From the IMG/VR virus record IMGVR_UViG_3300033145_001087, positions 47,431 through 111,430 of that record: a stretch of 64,000 bases of DNA; one strand, 5' to 3'. Shown piece by piece: positions 1 to 10,991 of this stretch. The notes beneath the pieces are model-generated. The model saw nothing but the letters and a program-made list of their open reading frames with translations, was not told the origin of the DNA and did not search any database. The translations under genes were made by a program, and so were the position numbers. Every line of letters starts with the position of its first letter. Positions within the stretch are counted from its first letter, which is position 1. Source of the DNA: a virus.

Positions 1-27
1 TAGTCTTTAAAGTTTTTACAGGTGACA

Positions 28-3000
28 TTATGATGTATCCTCGCTACATGAACACCCATCACAACAAGTTCTAAAATACATACTTGGTTGGAATAGTGTC
101 CATCCTGAATATCCACAGGCATAATCTGCCCATAACCAAACACCAAAGTTAGTTTCAAACGATACACCGGCTTTAATATTTTCCCAAGACTCTGCTGATA
201 AGCTAATAGCTGTTGTTGAGTCACTAGAGTTACTCATTTTTAGTGTTACACAAGGCTCACTATTTTCAACCAAACTATACCAAGTAAACTCTTTACCTCC
301 ACGATTTTGTGCTGTAATATTTAAAAACGGTATAGAACTAGTTTGCCCCCAAGGTTCTACATTAGTACTGGTAGACGAACTAGGTGCAAAAACTAATGAA
401 TTGATATTTGTAGGTAAACTATAATCCCAATCAGAATAATAATAATTAACTTCTCCTGTATCATTACTGGTATAATCTGGTGTATGAACTATAATTTCAT
501 ATGTATCATTACCACCATAATAATCAAATCTAGGATTTTGTACTTCTAAAGTACCATTAACTAATGATTCAAATGTTATTGGAATCTCTACGAACCCATC
601 TGAATTATTTAAAAAAGTTTCAATTAAAGTAGTATTTAGATTTGCAATTGTAGCACTTTGATTATATGAAATATTAATATCTGAAATTTCTAATAACCCA
701 TATGTTGAATATAAATGTACAGGAATATAACAATAAGGAGATGTTGTACAACTAGATAAATAAGTAGTTAATGCATCTGAAATATTTACTTCTTCTTCTG
801 ATGAATAATTACCAGTATAATTCCATTCTCTATCTCCGGCACCAACTGTTCCAATTTCTAACCATGCGTCTTCTGGAACTCTAGTAAACGCCCAATGAAC
901 AGAATCTTCATAAATATTCGCATAAGCACAATCACCAGAAGAACAACTTGCACTCCACGGAGAAGTTATATATTTTGTATCATATAAATATGTATCTGAA
1001 ATTGTACTATATCCAGGAACGGCACCACTAACATATACTTTATTATAAGTTACTATATATAAATTACTATATCCTGAAATATCTTCATTTGTAAAAATCG
1101 AAGTTGTTTCATTCCACGCAGACATTAAATTATTTACATTATCTACAAATATTGTAAAATTACCATATTCATAAAAAGGACCTGTTGGGTAAGTTTGACC
1201 AACATAATACATTTCAACAATTTCTTTACCATTATTTGGGGCACCAGTTAAATTTATCATTTCATCAGCCATCCACAAATCAGCCCAACATTTGTGAGAA
1301 CTAGAACCTAATTTACAACCAATATTGCCTTCTATTTTAATATAATATTTATCAGCACCAACAAGGAAATCTTTATCAGTTTGAACCGACCAATATTTTG
1401 TTACTGCATCTGCTGGAGTTCCCCAACCTACTGCACTCCTTAATTTACCATTCGATTCAGATGTTCCATTATATCCCACATAATCTCCAGAATCAGACCA
1501 TAAAGAATAATTTACACTATTATCTTCAAAATCATCGTAAACAGTACCATTTTTTGGAACAGCAACATTAATATTAATAAGTTGTGCTGCATATGTTGAA
1601 AAATTATTATCAAATAATAACGAGTCATTACCATAAATTACAGTAGAAGGTAAATTTCTTGTAGATGAAGTTTCTAATACTCCCATATTTAACCATTCAC
1701 TTCCGTTATAACATTGAGGTCTTGATGAAAAGACAGATGACCCATAAGAGGATTTAATCCGTAATTCTATTAAAGTTTCATTATAATCCCAACAACTTTC
1801 TTGGTCACTCATAGTAATATTATAAGCATCTAAAGTTCCGTGTTTAACTTCCCAATATGTTGATGAAATTGAACTTGTTTTTTTCGTAAAATTTGAATAT
1901 CTATAATTAATATTAGAATTTTCTGTAGTAGTATAATTATTATCTTGTGTAGTACTAGTATCGTCTCTATAAGTAACATTATATCCTGTAATATTTAAAA
2001 ATCCTTCTATATTTGTTGCAGAATTAAATAATTCAAAATAACCAACTGTTACTATTTCTGCACCATTAAAAGTAGTATTTTTTGCAGAATCGTCATCGTT
2101 AAAAACAGTAATATCTTCTGATGATACGCCTAAAACAGGCCCGATATAATTACTTAAAGTATTATTAATATAAATACTTACATTTTGTGGATATGTTCCA
2201 TTTGTTTCGTATCCAATTAAATCAATTTTTAAATCTTCTATATCATCATATTCGTGAGAAGATATATAATAAGTATGATTAGCCGCACCTATATAAGTTA
2301 AATTAAAAAGAGAAGATGAATCATTAAATTTAGTAAGTCTAAAATAAGGGATAGTTATACTTAAAACATTATCATCCCCACTAGTATAACAAGAATAATT
2401 TGTTCCAAATACAGAATGATTTATATCAACACATACCGTATCTGCTGATGCATCAACGCTTATATTTAATACTGAACCAAGTTCAATAGTAGTTTCTGTA
2501 GATGCATTTAAACAAACACCTAAAGTTGTTCCACTACAACCAACTTCATTAACTTCTTCTTCACAAGTTACTCCTGATGAGCTACCAGCACTTGATAAAG
2601 GACAAACTATTGCCTCTCCACCAGCATTACCCGAACCATCACAATAACCTGATGTATCGGTTTCATATAAACAAGTATAAGAGGCATTAAAACTATCATA
2701 ATAAGGAGTATCTGCGTCACCATCACATTGAACAGTATCATTATAATTACTTGTGTTTTCAGTACACGTTAATACATTTTCTGTTGTTGCAACAGTAACA
2801 TTTTCTGCTACATTCGTATCAGTTCCCTGGTCTACCCATCCTGTTGCAGTACAACTTCCAGAATCGTAACCTGTATAATAATCAGACATTGTACATGCCC
2901 CTGCTATACATTCATACCAAGTTGCACAACTACAATCATCATTATCATCAGTCCCGCAATCACTATCTCCTGATGGGTCTTCACTTGTTCCGTCTCTGCA

Positions 3001-5094
3001 AACATCTCCTACATCTACATCTGCTATATTATCATTGGTATCTAAAGAACCAGCACCATCACAATATCCATCAGGACCTGTTTTAGTATGTAAATCACTA
3101 CAATCATCAAAACTTGAAGATTTACCTGTATTAATTGTTGAACAAGTTGTAGTATTCTCAGTAGTGTCTATTATATAATTATCTGGAACATTATAATTAG
3201 TTCCTTGGTCTACCCATCCTGTATCTATACAGTCTCCACTATCATATCCTGTATAATAATTATTAGCAAAACAAGCACTTAAAGTACAATCTCGTTGTGT
3301 TTCGCAACTACAAGAAATATCATTATTAAATCCGCAATCACTATTTCCTGAAGGGTCTTCACTTGCAGTAGTTCCACTGTCACAAACATCTCCTGTTGTA
3401 ACATGAGTATCAGCACCCCAAACTCCAGAGGCACATTCTTCATAGTGAGTAATATTTATACACATATCATAACCATTTGCTAATTCTCCATCGTGGTCAG
3501 GATTTACACAATCAGTTGCAGTTGGATGACAATATTTTGTTATAGTATTAAAACCGGCATCACAATTCCCTTCAAAACAATCTTCATCATCTGAACAAAC
3601 ACCATATTGTTCGAATTGAGTACCAAGATTCATATTACCACCAGTTAAATAATTAGTATATAAATCTGAGATTTCTGTAGCAGTTAAAGTTCTATTATAA
3701 ATAGTAATTTCATCTACAAACCCCTGTATACTATCTTCAGGGTCATCAGCACCAACAGCATGCCACGACATTGTACTTGCAAATGCCCCAAAAGTTTTAC
3801 TAGAATTACCTACATAAGTTCCATTATGGTATAAATGAATTACATTACCATCACGAACCCCAACTACATGATGCCAAATGTTCATAGCCAATACTTTATA
3901 AACTACTGCTGTATTACCATCCGCATCACTAACAGTAAAACCCATATTATTATTATATGAGTGAAAATTATACCAAGTACTATTGCCATTTGTTGCATAT
4001 AATATAGGTTCTCCATAATAATTTGTAGAATAATACCACAAAGAAATTGAATATTCAGTTCCTAGATAATCTTCTATATCTGGAAGGGAAATATAATCTG
4101 CCGTAGCACCATAATCTTTAAACTCATAGCACCCTCCAAAAGCACACGCTGTAGAATTACTATCTGCACCATGATTAGTTCCGTGAAAATTATTACTAGT
4201 AGAATCATTTACTGAAGTTAAATGAAGAGCTATTACGGTATTTTCACCATATACAGATTCGGGGGTATATCCTAATCCAGTAGATTCAATTTCATAAGGA
4301 ATAAAAGAAGTATCATTAACAACTGAAAAAATATTACTATCATTATAAGCACAATAAATATCTCCATTTCCGCTACCTGGATTTGTCCAAATAATATTAT
4401 CTCCAACACCATTAGACTGATTAATAGAAAATGCTAAAGAAGATGTTGGTTCATCAGTTATATTTCTAATATACTGATAACCAGTAGGAAACCAAATTGG
4501 GTCAAACATTCTAACATAATAAGTTTCATATTCGTTTTCAGGTCTGTATCTTACAATTAATTTATCAGATGCTATTTTTTGCTGATAAACTTTAGCCCAA
4601 TCATACCCATCTTGCCACTCTACTTTCATTCTATGCCCAAAAGATTCAGGACTAATTGCCTCCCTAGTCTCACCATCGTAAAGAATATCTCTATATTCAA
4701 AATGTACAATCTTGCCTTCACAATTTATACATTCAACTTTATGTTCAATAGGAATTAATTCAACATTTTCAACAGTTGAATCAAAAGTATAAGTGTCATA
4801 AACAGTTATATTATCTTTCCAAATAGAAGTTCTAACTATCGTAGTAATAGTATCTATGGTATTATAACTAACATCACGAGATTTCGCCCGCATTTTCACA
4901 ACACCATCCCAAAGTTGAACATACTCCGTACCACCAAGTACCCATTTGTTATCTTCAAAAACATAAAATTTGGTTCTAGTATTTTCTACTACAATTTTAA
5001 CATTGTCTTGCATTACAAAATAAATAGAAGACGTTAAAATTACTATAAGCATAATTGTACTTAACCAAATCGTTGTTTTTGCTTGTCTATCCAT
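28..5094 (-). CDS. 1688-aa membrane-anchored/secreted surface or receptor-binding glycoprotein with LamG-like domain and Cys-rich repeats
   Basis: N-terminal hydrophobic helix (IWLSTIMLIVILTSSIYFVM); LamG-like motifs (YSISLWY, WHHVVGVRDG, GFVDEITIYNRTLTATEI); duplicated Cys-rich segment; >40 N-x-S/T sequons by eye; N- and C-terminal domains shared with 17606..20314. Confidence 0.7.
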   Translation of the reverse strand: MDRQAKTTIWLSTIMLIVILTSSIYFVMQDNVKIVVENTRTKFYVFEDNKWVLGGTEYVQLWDGVVKMRAKSRDVSYNTIDTITTIVRTSIWKDNITVYDTYTFDSTVENVELIPIEHKVECINCEGKIVHFEYRDILYDGETREAISPESFGHRMKVEWQDGYDWAKVYQQKIASDKLIVRYRPENEYETYYVRMFDPIWFPTGYQYIRNITDEPTSSLAFSINQSNGVGDNIIWTNPGSGNGDIYCAYNDSNIFSVVNDTSFIPYEIESTGLGYTPESVYGENTVIALHLTSVNDSTSNNFHGTNHGADSNSTACAFGGCYEFKDYGATADYISLPDIEDYLGTEYSISLWYYSTNYYGEPILYATNGNSTWYNFHSYNNNMGFTVSDADGNTAVVYKVLAMNIWHHVVGVRDGNVIHLYHNGTYVGNSSKTFGAFASTMSWHAVGADDPEDSIQGFVDEITIYNRTLTATEISDLYTNYLTGGNMNLGTQFEQYGVCSDDEDCFEGNCDAGFNTITKYCHPTATDCVNPDHDGELANGYDMCINITHYEECASGVWGADTHVTTGDVCDSGTTASEDPSGNSDCGFNNDISCSCETQRDCTLSACFANNYYTGYDSGDCIDTGWVDQGTNYNVPDNYIIDTTENTTTCSTINTGKSSSFDDCSDLHTKTGPDGYCDGAGSLDTNDNIADVDVGDVCRDGTSEDPSGDSDCGTDDNDDCSCATWYECIAGACTMSDYYTGYDSGSCTATGWVDQGTDTNVAENVTVATTENVLTCTENTSNYNDTVQCDGDADTPYYDSFNASYTCLYETDTSGYCDGSGNAGGEAIVCPLSSAGSSSGVTCEEEVNEVGCSGTTLGVCLNASTETTIELGSVLNISVDASADTVCVDINHSVFGTNYSCYTSGDDNVLSITIPYFRLTKFNDSSSLFNLTYIGAANHTYYISSHEYDDIEDLKIDLIGYETNGTYPQNVSIYINNTLSNYIGPVLGVSSEDITVFNDDDSAKNTTFNGAEIVTVGYFELFNSATNIEGFLNITGYNVTYRDDTSTTQDNNYTTTENSNINYRYSNFTKKTSSISSTYWEVKHGTLDAYNITMSDQESCWDYNETLIELRIKSSYGSSVFSSRPQCYNGSEWLNMGVLETSSTRNLPSTVIYGNDSLLFDNNFSTYAAQLININVAVPKNGTVYDDFEDNSVNYSLWSDSGDYVGYNGTSESNGKLRSAVGWGTPADAVTKYWSVQTDKDFLVGADKYYIKIEGNIGCKLGSSSHKCWADLWMADEMINLTGAPNNGKEIVEMYYVGQTYPTGPFYEYGNFTIFVDNVNNLMSAWNETTSIFTNEDISGYSNLYIVTYNKVYVSGAVPGYSTISDTYLYDTKYITSPWSASCSSGDCAYANIYEDSVHWAFTRVPEDAWLEIGTVGAGDREWNYTGNYSSEEEVNISDALTTYLSSCTTSPYCYIPVHLYSTYGLLEISDINISYNQSATIANLNTTLIETFLNNSDGFVEIPITFESLVNGTLEVQNPRFDYYGGNDTYEIIVHTPDYTSNDTGEVNYYYSDWDYSLPTNINSLVFAPSSSTSTNVEPWGQTSSIPFLNITAQNRGGKEFTWYSLVENSEPCVTLKMSNSSDSTTAISLSAESWENIKAGVSFETNFGVWLWADYACGYSGWTLFQPSMYFRTCCDGCSCSEDTS

Positions 5095-5095
5095 A

Positions 5096-5464
5096 TTATT
5101 CCTCTATTATTCTAAACGAATATACATAACTTTTATTTCCTCTATCATTACTGTCTTTAAAAGTAAGAGACCCTGGAACTAAATAAAAAGTTCCATCATG
5201 GATTCCATCTACAAAAGCGTGAGCAGTAGCATCTTCGAATCCTTCTATATTACCTCTATTAGTAGATAAATTAGCAACAGTTGTTCCTGTAACTAATCCT
5301 TCTATTTCAAGTTCCCATTGTTGTGAACTCATACCAACTATACTTGTTTGTATAAGACTTTTACCTATAATCTCTTTTCTAGTTTTCTGTCTTTTAGTTG
5401 GTGTCATACTTGTTACAGTTAAAGTAATAGCATTAAATGTAATTGTTTCACTATAGCCCGTCAT
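5096..5464 (-). CDS. putative distal tail (Dit-like) protein
   Basis: 122 aa, beta-rich, immediately downstream of tape measure gene; call is positional. Confidence 0.55.
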   Translation of the reverse strand: MTGYSETITFNAITLTVTSMTPTKRQKTRKEIIGKSLIQTSIVGMSSQQWELEIEGLVTGTTVANLSTNRGNIEGFEDATAHAFVDGIHDGTFYLVPGSLTFKDSNDRGNKSYVYSFRIIEE

Positions 5465-5465
5465 A

Positions 5466-8400
5466 TTACATAGTCCTCATTTCTCTTTTAATTTCTTCTA
5501 CAAATTTATATGCGAATTCAGAAGGGTCACTAGACACTCCTGAAATATTAATATTTTGAATTGTAATTTCATTAGTTCCGCCAGTTGGGGCATCCCCTTT
5601 AAAACCCATTATAGTATCATCGGCACTGAAACTTGCAGCCGGTTGCCCCGGTCTCATTATAAAATCATTATACTTAGTAAAACCAGCTCCAACTTGTGCA
5701 AATGCAGAAGGACCCGCTGTCATCAAACCACCACCTCTAACTCCACCACCTGATATTTTACCAACAGCACTTGCAGCACTATTTGCCATATCACGTAGTT
5801 CGCTTAATGCTTTAACTTCTCCTTCTATAGTTTTAGTAAAATTATATCCTATTTCCTGTGCTTCTAAAAGTTTATCATTAAGTAATTCTATTTGTCCTTG
5901 TGTTCGTTCTACAGCACTAGTATATTCTTCTTGACTAATCCATTGATTTTTTAAAGCATCTATTACACTACCAGCACTTTCGTGTATTGTTATACTCTCT
6001 TCTTTATGGGCTTGTATTGCTTGTTTAACATCTTCTGTCATACTTCCATAATAAAGTTCATATGCGTCTTTAAGTAGAGTAACGCCAGATTCTTGTTTTG
6101 AAGTTTCCTCTGTAAATTTAGATGTTGAAAGTAACAAAGTTTGATATTTTCTTATAGATTCTGATACATTCATACTAAGTTCATTACCAGATTTTACAGT
6201 TTCTCTTATAAAAGTTTCTACAGTTTCTCTCCACGCTTCATAAGATGATTTTCCTGTTATAGTTTGGTCATTTACCTTTTTAAATGTTTCTAAAAAAGCT
6301 TTTAATTCTATATTTGACATAGAGATAGCTTTTTGAAGAAATTCTTGTGCTGAAACTCCTGTTCTTTCAAAAAATTCTTCTGCTTTAACAAACCTATCAA
6401 AACCAGTCATTAAATTTTCTATCCCTAATTGACCAACAAACCTAGGTGCTGAAAGTTCTGCAATTTCTTTATTCACATCTGAAAGTTTATCTTTATAATC
6501 AGAAAGTACTTTATTTTGTGTTGTTATTTGTTTTCTATAATCGGCTGTTGTTCTAGTAAGTTGACGTAAAAATTCATCTTTTTGTAAGATAGCTAAAGAT
6601 GCACTATACCATTGGTCAACTTCTTTTTTAGTAACATCTCCGGTCCTTGATGCAAGGTCTAAATATTCTGCATATTCAATAGATAATTTACTCAATGCAT
6701 AATTATAATCAGTTAATATAGCTTTATCATAAGCATTTTGGAAACGTTCAATTTCTTTAATTAAATCATTTAATATTTTATTAGTATCATTTAATTTAGA
6801 ATTCATAAGGTCTTGATATTTCATAACAAGAGGATAAGATAGTTTTAAAATTTCTAACCGTTCTGTATATTCTTCAAGAGTCATATCAGTTAATGCATAT
6901 GTTTCCTGTAAAATTTTTAGTTCTTCATTATAGTCATCTTGTCTATTTTGTAATTCATTTATTATAGTACTTTCCTTTTCTAATCCTAGTAGACTATTTG
7001 CCCTAATGGCTGATAATTCTTTTATTCTGGTTGATTGCTCGAAAGTTAATTTATTTAATTTTTCTTCCTCTATTTGTAATTTCTTATCTGCTGCAAGCAT
7101 TGCAGAGGTTCCATCTTCATGGGATTTATAGAAATTAACTCTTGCCTCTGCTATATCTTCTATAGCTTTAATTTCTTCAGCGGATGTTAATTCTACTATG
7201 CTAAGTTTTTTAAGTTCTACTTTTTTATCTATTAAAAATTGTTTTGCTGCATCATATCCTTCTATTTCTTCTAGATATCTAAATGATAATTCAATTTCTT
7301 CTTCTTTTGTTAAATCTTTATATGTCGCTAAAAAATCTTCTAAACTTGAAACTATATGCATTTTAGGTTGGTCAATAAATAATTCTTGAAACATACTTCT
7401 ATGACGGTCAGTTTCTACTCCTAATTCTCGTTTAATATCTTCTAAAAGTCGTGTGGCGGCAATTGCTTTATTTACATCTTGTAAATATTGTCCGAAACCA
7501 CTATTCGATGCTCTAAAATAATCTGTCGTGCTAGCTTTTAAATTCCCCCATAAAATAAGCCATTGATTTGCAGTAGTTTCCATAGCAATATCGAATTCAC
7601 GTTGAAGTGATGCAGCGTGTTTAAATTCGTCTGATGCTAAAAGAATATTTCTTTGTAAATCAATAAAATTACTAACTAATCCATTAACAGCAGATGCACC
7701 AACTCTACCAAAAATATCAGTTGAGATAGTTAATCGTTGTGTTTTATCAGTTATTTGTGTTAATCTATAAAGTAAATCTATAAAAACTTTATTAGCATCT
7801 TCACCAATACGGGTTTCAATAACAGATGAAGTAGTATCAAATACTCTAGCTATAGATTCTGTTTCTGTAGCCATCCTTGTAAAAGCAGTTCTCATCCTGG
7901 TTCCTGCTCTTTCGGCTCTCATTCCCATATCTATTAATGTTGCACTTATAGCGGCAGAAATTGGTAATATTATACCAAGTTGGTGAGCAGAAGTAGCCAT
8001 TTTTAACATAGAGGCTGCAATTTCTTTAGAATTTGCAGCAGTAGTATTAGACAATTCATTTATAACACTGCCCATATTTTCTGCTTGTGTTATCGGTAAA
8101 CCAAATGCTTTAGAAATTTTAGCTAAAGCTAAACCAGCTTCTTCGCTGGTTAAAACAGTTGCTGAACCCATCATAGCAACAACTTTTGTAAATTTAAGTA
8201 TATTTTCACTGCCTCTAATACCTAATTGTCCAGCTATACCACCAATTTTTGCTAATTCTTCTGCAGAAACAGGCATGATTCTTGATAAATTAATAAACGC
8301 TCCTTCTAAACGTTTAATTTCATCCCTGGTCATTTTTGTTCTTTTTCGAACAGTCGTCATTTCAGTTTCTAATTCAATAACTGGTTTAATTAAAAGCCTA

Positions 8401-8915
8401 TATGCACCATACACAGCTCCTAAAGCCATTGTCACATTAACTAATAACCATCTAAATCTTGTAAAACTTCCTAATAAAGAATTAAGCCTATTGCCAGAAG
8501 CTGCTGATGCAGCAGACATAGTTATCCATCTACCTTCAACTTTTTTTTGTGTTCGCGAAAATTTTTCCATAGTTCCACGAACTTCTTGGTATCTAGTTTG
8601 AGTACGTTTAATTTTATCGCCGTGTTTATCAATAATATTATTTGTTGTTTTCCAAGAAGTAAATTGTGTAGTCATTGATTGACCAAGTTTTTGCATTGAA
8701 GTATTATTTTTTTTAACAGCAGTTTCTAATTTTTTAAATTTAACAGTTGCACCATTAACAACTACGCCTTGTTTTTTAAATGTTGTATCTGATTTTTTAA
8801 CTGTAGTTTCTAATTTTTTTACACTGCCTTCTACAGATTTTAATCTTTGAACGATTTTTTTATCGTTCAAGATTTGCATTACAATATCTACATCTATTCT
8901 ATAATCACGAGCCAT
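5466..8915 (-). CDS. tail tape measure protein (TP901-like core)
   Basis: 1149 aa; TP901-type core (SAEELAKIGGIAGQLGI, INELSNTTAANSKEI, AERAGTRMRT, DIFGRVG); long coiled coils; follows the chaperone gene. Confidence 0.93.
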   Translation of the reverse strand: MARDYRIDVDIVMQILNDKKIVQRLKSVEGSVKKLETTVKKSDTTFKKQGVVVNGATVKFKKLETAVKKNNTSMQKLGQSMTTQFTSWKTTNNIIDKHGDKIKRTQTRYQEVRGTMEKFSRTQKKVEGRWITMSAASAASGNRLNSLLGSFTRFRWLLVNVTMALGAVYGAYRLLIKPVIELETEMTTVRKRTKMTRDEIKRLEGAFINLSRIMPVSAEELAKIGGIAGQLGIRGSENILKFTKVVAMMGSATVLTSEEAGLALAKISKAFGLPITQAENMGSVINELSNTTAANSKEIAASMLKMATSAHQLGIILPISAAISATLIDMGMRAERAGTRMRTAFTRMATETESIARVFDTTSSVIETRIGEDANKVFIDLLYRLTQITDKTQRLTISTDIFGRVGASAVNGLVSNFIDLQRNILLASDEFKHAASLQREFDIAMETTANQWLILWGNLKASTTDYFRASNSGFGQYLQDVNKAIAATRLLEDIKRELGVETDRHRSMFQELFIDQPKMHIVSSLEDFLATYKDLTKEEEIELSFRYLEEIEGYDAAKQFLIDKKVELKKLSIVELTSAEEIKAIEDIAEARVNFYKSHEDGTSAMLAADKKLQIEEEKLNKLTFEQSTRIKELSAIRANSLLGLEKESTIINELQNRQDDYNEELKILQETYALTDMTLEEYTERLEILKLSYPLVMKYQDLMNSKLNDTNKILNDLIKEIERFQNAYDKAILTDYNYALSKLSIEYAEYLDLASRTGDVTKKEVDQWYSASLAILQKDEFLRQLTRTTADYRKQITTQNKVLSDYKDKLSDVNKEIAELSAPRFVGQLGIENLMTGFDRFVKAEEFFERTGVSAQEFLQKAISMSNIELKAFLETFKKVNDQTITGKSSYEAWRETVETFIRETVKSGNELSMNVSESIRKYQTLLLSTSKFTEETSKQESGVTLLKDAYELYYGSMTEDVKQAIQAHKEESITIHESAGSVIDALKNQWISQEEYTSAVERTQGQIELLNDKLLEAQEIGYNFTKTIEGEVKALSELRDMANSAASAVGKISGGGVRGGGLMTAGPSAFAQVGAGFTKYNDFIMRPGQPAASFSADDTIMGFKGDAPTGGTNEITIQNINISGVSSDPSEFAYKFVEEIKREMRTM

Positions 8916-8917
8916 TT

Positions 8918-9103
8918 TTATTTCTTTTTATTTCTATTAGCCTCTCGTTTCTGACGCTCTATTTCTCTATTATGAGCATCAATTAATCTATTCAATTCCG
9001 AATAGGTCAAACTATTAATAGTAAAAAAAGTATATCCATATTTATGAAGGAATAATTCTAAATCGCTTTCTTGTCTATTTCGTTTGACCTTTTTGAGTTT
9101 TTT
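8918..9103 (-). CDS. -1 frameshift extension of the tail assembly chaperone (gpGT-like)
   Basis: -1 frame is open from the heptamer to TAA at 8920-8918 (KLKKVKRNRQESDLELFLHKYGYTFFTINSLTYSELNRLIDAHNREIERQKREANRNKKK), ending 2 nt before the tape measure ATG. Confidence 0.85.
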   Translation of the reverse strand, partial: KKLKKVKRNRQESDLELFLHKYGYTFFTINSLTYSELNRLIDAHNREIERQKREANRNKKK

Positions 9104-9486
9104 GCAAACTCATCCTCTACTTTTTTTAGAGCTTTTTTTCTACTTGAAGATGGAGTCATTCCACTTTCTCTAAAAATTGTATTAACAATTGCGTTAGCCA
9201 AAGCTGGTTTTATAAAAGGTATATCTTCTTTTTCATATTTGGGATTCACGCAATGTTCTAAAATAACATCACCATCCAAATCTTTTTCTTCTTTACTTCC
9301 TTCTTTAACAACAGAAGACATAAGTCGTCTAAGTTTTCCTCTTGGCATAGGAGTTACAAAAATTGTTTCTCCTTTAAACGTCATTTCATCTGGGTTGTTT
9401 TCGTCTACTTCTAATTCTACTTCTTGTGGGATTAATATTCCTTTCTCATCCCTTGAATATAGTGTTTCTTCAATTTGTAATACCAT
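9058..9486 (-). CDS. tail assembly chaperone (gpG-like)
   Basis: Lies between tail tube and tape measure; in-frame slippery heptamer A AAA AAC at 9103-9097. Confidence 0.85.
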   Translation of the reverse strand: MVLQIEETLYSRDEKGILIPQEVELEVDENNPDEMTFKGETIFVTPMPRGKLRRLMSSVVKEGSKEEKDLDGDVILEHCVNPKYEKEDIPFIKPALANAIVNTIFRESGMTPSSSRKKALKKVEDEFAKNSKRSNEIDKKAI

Positions 9487-9538
9487 TGTTTCTCACCTCT
9501 TGTTTTCAAAAATTAAATAAAAAAATAAAAAAATGTAT

Positions 9539-10645
9539 TTACGAATAATTACTATTAGAATCTACTATATAACATTTAGCATGTTCTACAGATAAATCTA
9601 ATGTTTGTGATACAATATCTTCTGGTGCTCCTGGTATATTTATACTGTTAAATGCACAACTACCAAGTACAATCCTAATAAAGTCATCTGATTCTGTTTT
9701 AACACCACCAACATCTCCAACTCTAACAAAATCCAAAGCAATTTGGTATTTAGAAAGTGTTGCTTGGTCTTCTGTTGCAGTATTGCTTCCAAGGAACCTT
9801 TGATACATCTCTCTAGTTGAAAAGTGTAGATTCAAATTTGCATCATAATCTCTTCCTTTTACTATTAGTTTTTTTAGTCCTCTTAGTGTCTGATGTGTAC
9901 TAGTTGTTCCAGAAATATACCATATAGCTTCTAAGTTATTGTTAATATTAAAATCGAATCCATTAACTTCTGCAATTTGGTCTGCTGCTAAAACGACAGT
10001 ATCTCCTACTACATTACCACTTGTTGCTGTTACAATACCTTGATAAAAAATGTATGGGTCTTTTGTTAAGTCAGTTACACTAGTTGCTGCGGCTGTTGAA
10101 ACAGTTACTCCTTGAGCAATAAAATCACAGTTAATTCTAAGCGGTTCATCTATTGTTCCAGATAATCCTAAAGTATTAACTCTACATCCATCATAAACCC
10201 TTTTTAAGTTATTTGTAGTAGACATTGCACCAGTATCTTCTTCATCAGCAAATTCCATACAAAAACTTGGAAAGTTATCTGCTTCTGGTGATGCTGCACT
10301 TCCTAATGTGTGAAAATATGCAAATCCTGTAGTAGCATTTCCAGTATGAAATTTAGGTCCTGAATCTATTGTTGCACTACTTGCAGTATCTTCCCCAAAC
10401 GCTTGTCTAAGAAATATTCCATCTTGTAAATAATATTCAAAGCTTCCTGAAATTTCGAATTTACCTGGTACTATATTGCTGTAATCTCTATTTCCTCCTA
10501 AAGTTCTTATTTTTATAAGATTATTTGTTTCTGTAGGATTAATAGATTGCACTAAACCAAACGGTTTATCTATTGTAGCAGAGGAACCATATAACGATTC
10601 ATTTGCCCAATATAAATTTTGTTTATATCCTGTTGCGACTCCCAT
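9539..10645 (-). CDS. major tail tube protein
   Basis: 368 aa; tube-like motifs (GKFEISGSFEY, RVYDGCRVNTLGLSG, FDFNINNNLE); upstream of chaperone; strong SD AGGAGGAG. Confidence 0.85.
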   Translation of the reverse strand: MGVATGYKQNLYWANESLYGSSATIDKPFGLVQSINPTETNNLIKIRTLGGNRDYSNIVPGKFEISGSFEYYLQDGIFLRQAFGEDTASSATIDSGPKFHTGNATTGFAYFHTLGSAASPEADNFPSFCMEFADEEDTGAMSTTNNLKRVYDGCRVNTLGLSGTIDEPLRINCDFIAQGVTVSTAAATSVTDLTKDPYIFYQGIVTATSGNVVGDTVVLAADQIAEVNGFDFNINNNLEAIWYISGTTSTHQTLRGLKKLIVKGRDYDANLNLHFSTREMYQRFLGSNTATEDQATLSKYQIALDFVRVGDVGGVKTESDDFIRIVLGSCAFNSINIPGAPEDIVSQTLDLSVEHAKCYIVDSNSNYS

Positions 10646-10678
10646 AAGTCATCTCCTCCTTTTATAATATGTTTTTAA

Positions 10679-10972
10679 TTATTTTTTTTCTTTTTTTAAT
10701 GTTTTTCCTTCTCTTAATGTTTTTGCAGCGATAGATACATCTTTATTATCAAATACGCCATCGTTGTTTAAATCAAATTCATTTTTGACTTTTTTTTCTT
10801 TTATCTCTTTATCTCCCTTTACTAATGAAAAATCCTTATTTTTTAAAAGTTTTTCAGCTATATCTGGTGAAAGGTCTTTTATCTCTCCAGTACCCCATCT
10901 ATTAAATATAGCGGACCCTACTCTTATTTTACAAGGATTTATACTTCTTCCATCGTATCTTACTTGAACCAT
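10679..10972 (-). CDS. small virion-module protein with EF-hand/dockerin-like loop
   Basis: DLNNDGVFDNKD matches the DxNxDGxxD Ca-binding loop; SD AGGAGG. Confidence 0.5.
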   Translation of the reverse strand: MVQVRYDGRSINPCKIRVGSAIFNRWGTGEIKDLSPDIAEKLLKNKDFSLVKGDKEIKEKKVKNEFDLNNDGVFDNKDVSIAAKTLREGKTLKKEKK

Positions 10973-10991
10973 TATATTTTCCTCCTTTCTT

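Noticed and set aside
2760-3400. Diversity-generating retroelement TR/VR pair
   Set aside because: Both copies are in frame within one gene, differences include indels and non-adenine changes, and no reverse transcriptase is present in the window
8275-9520. Plus-strand ORFs 8275..8601 and 9071..9520 (also 2844..3086, 13754..13996, 30467..31715 and similar)
   Set aside because: Antisense shadows of well-supported minus-strand genes; no SDs or recognisable motifs
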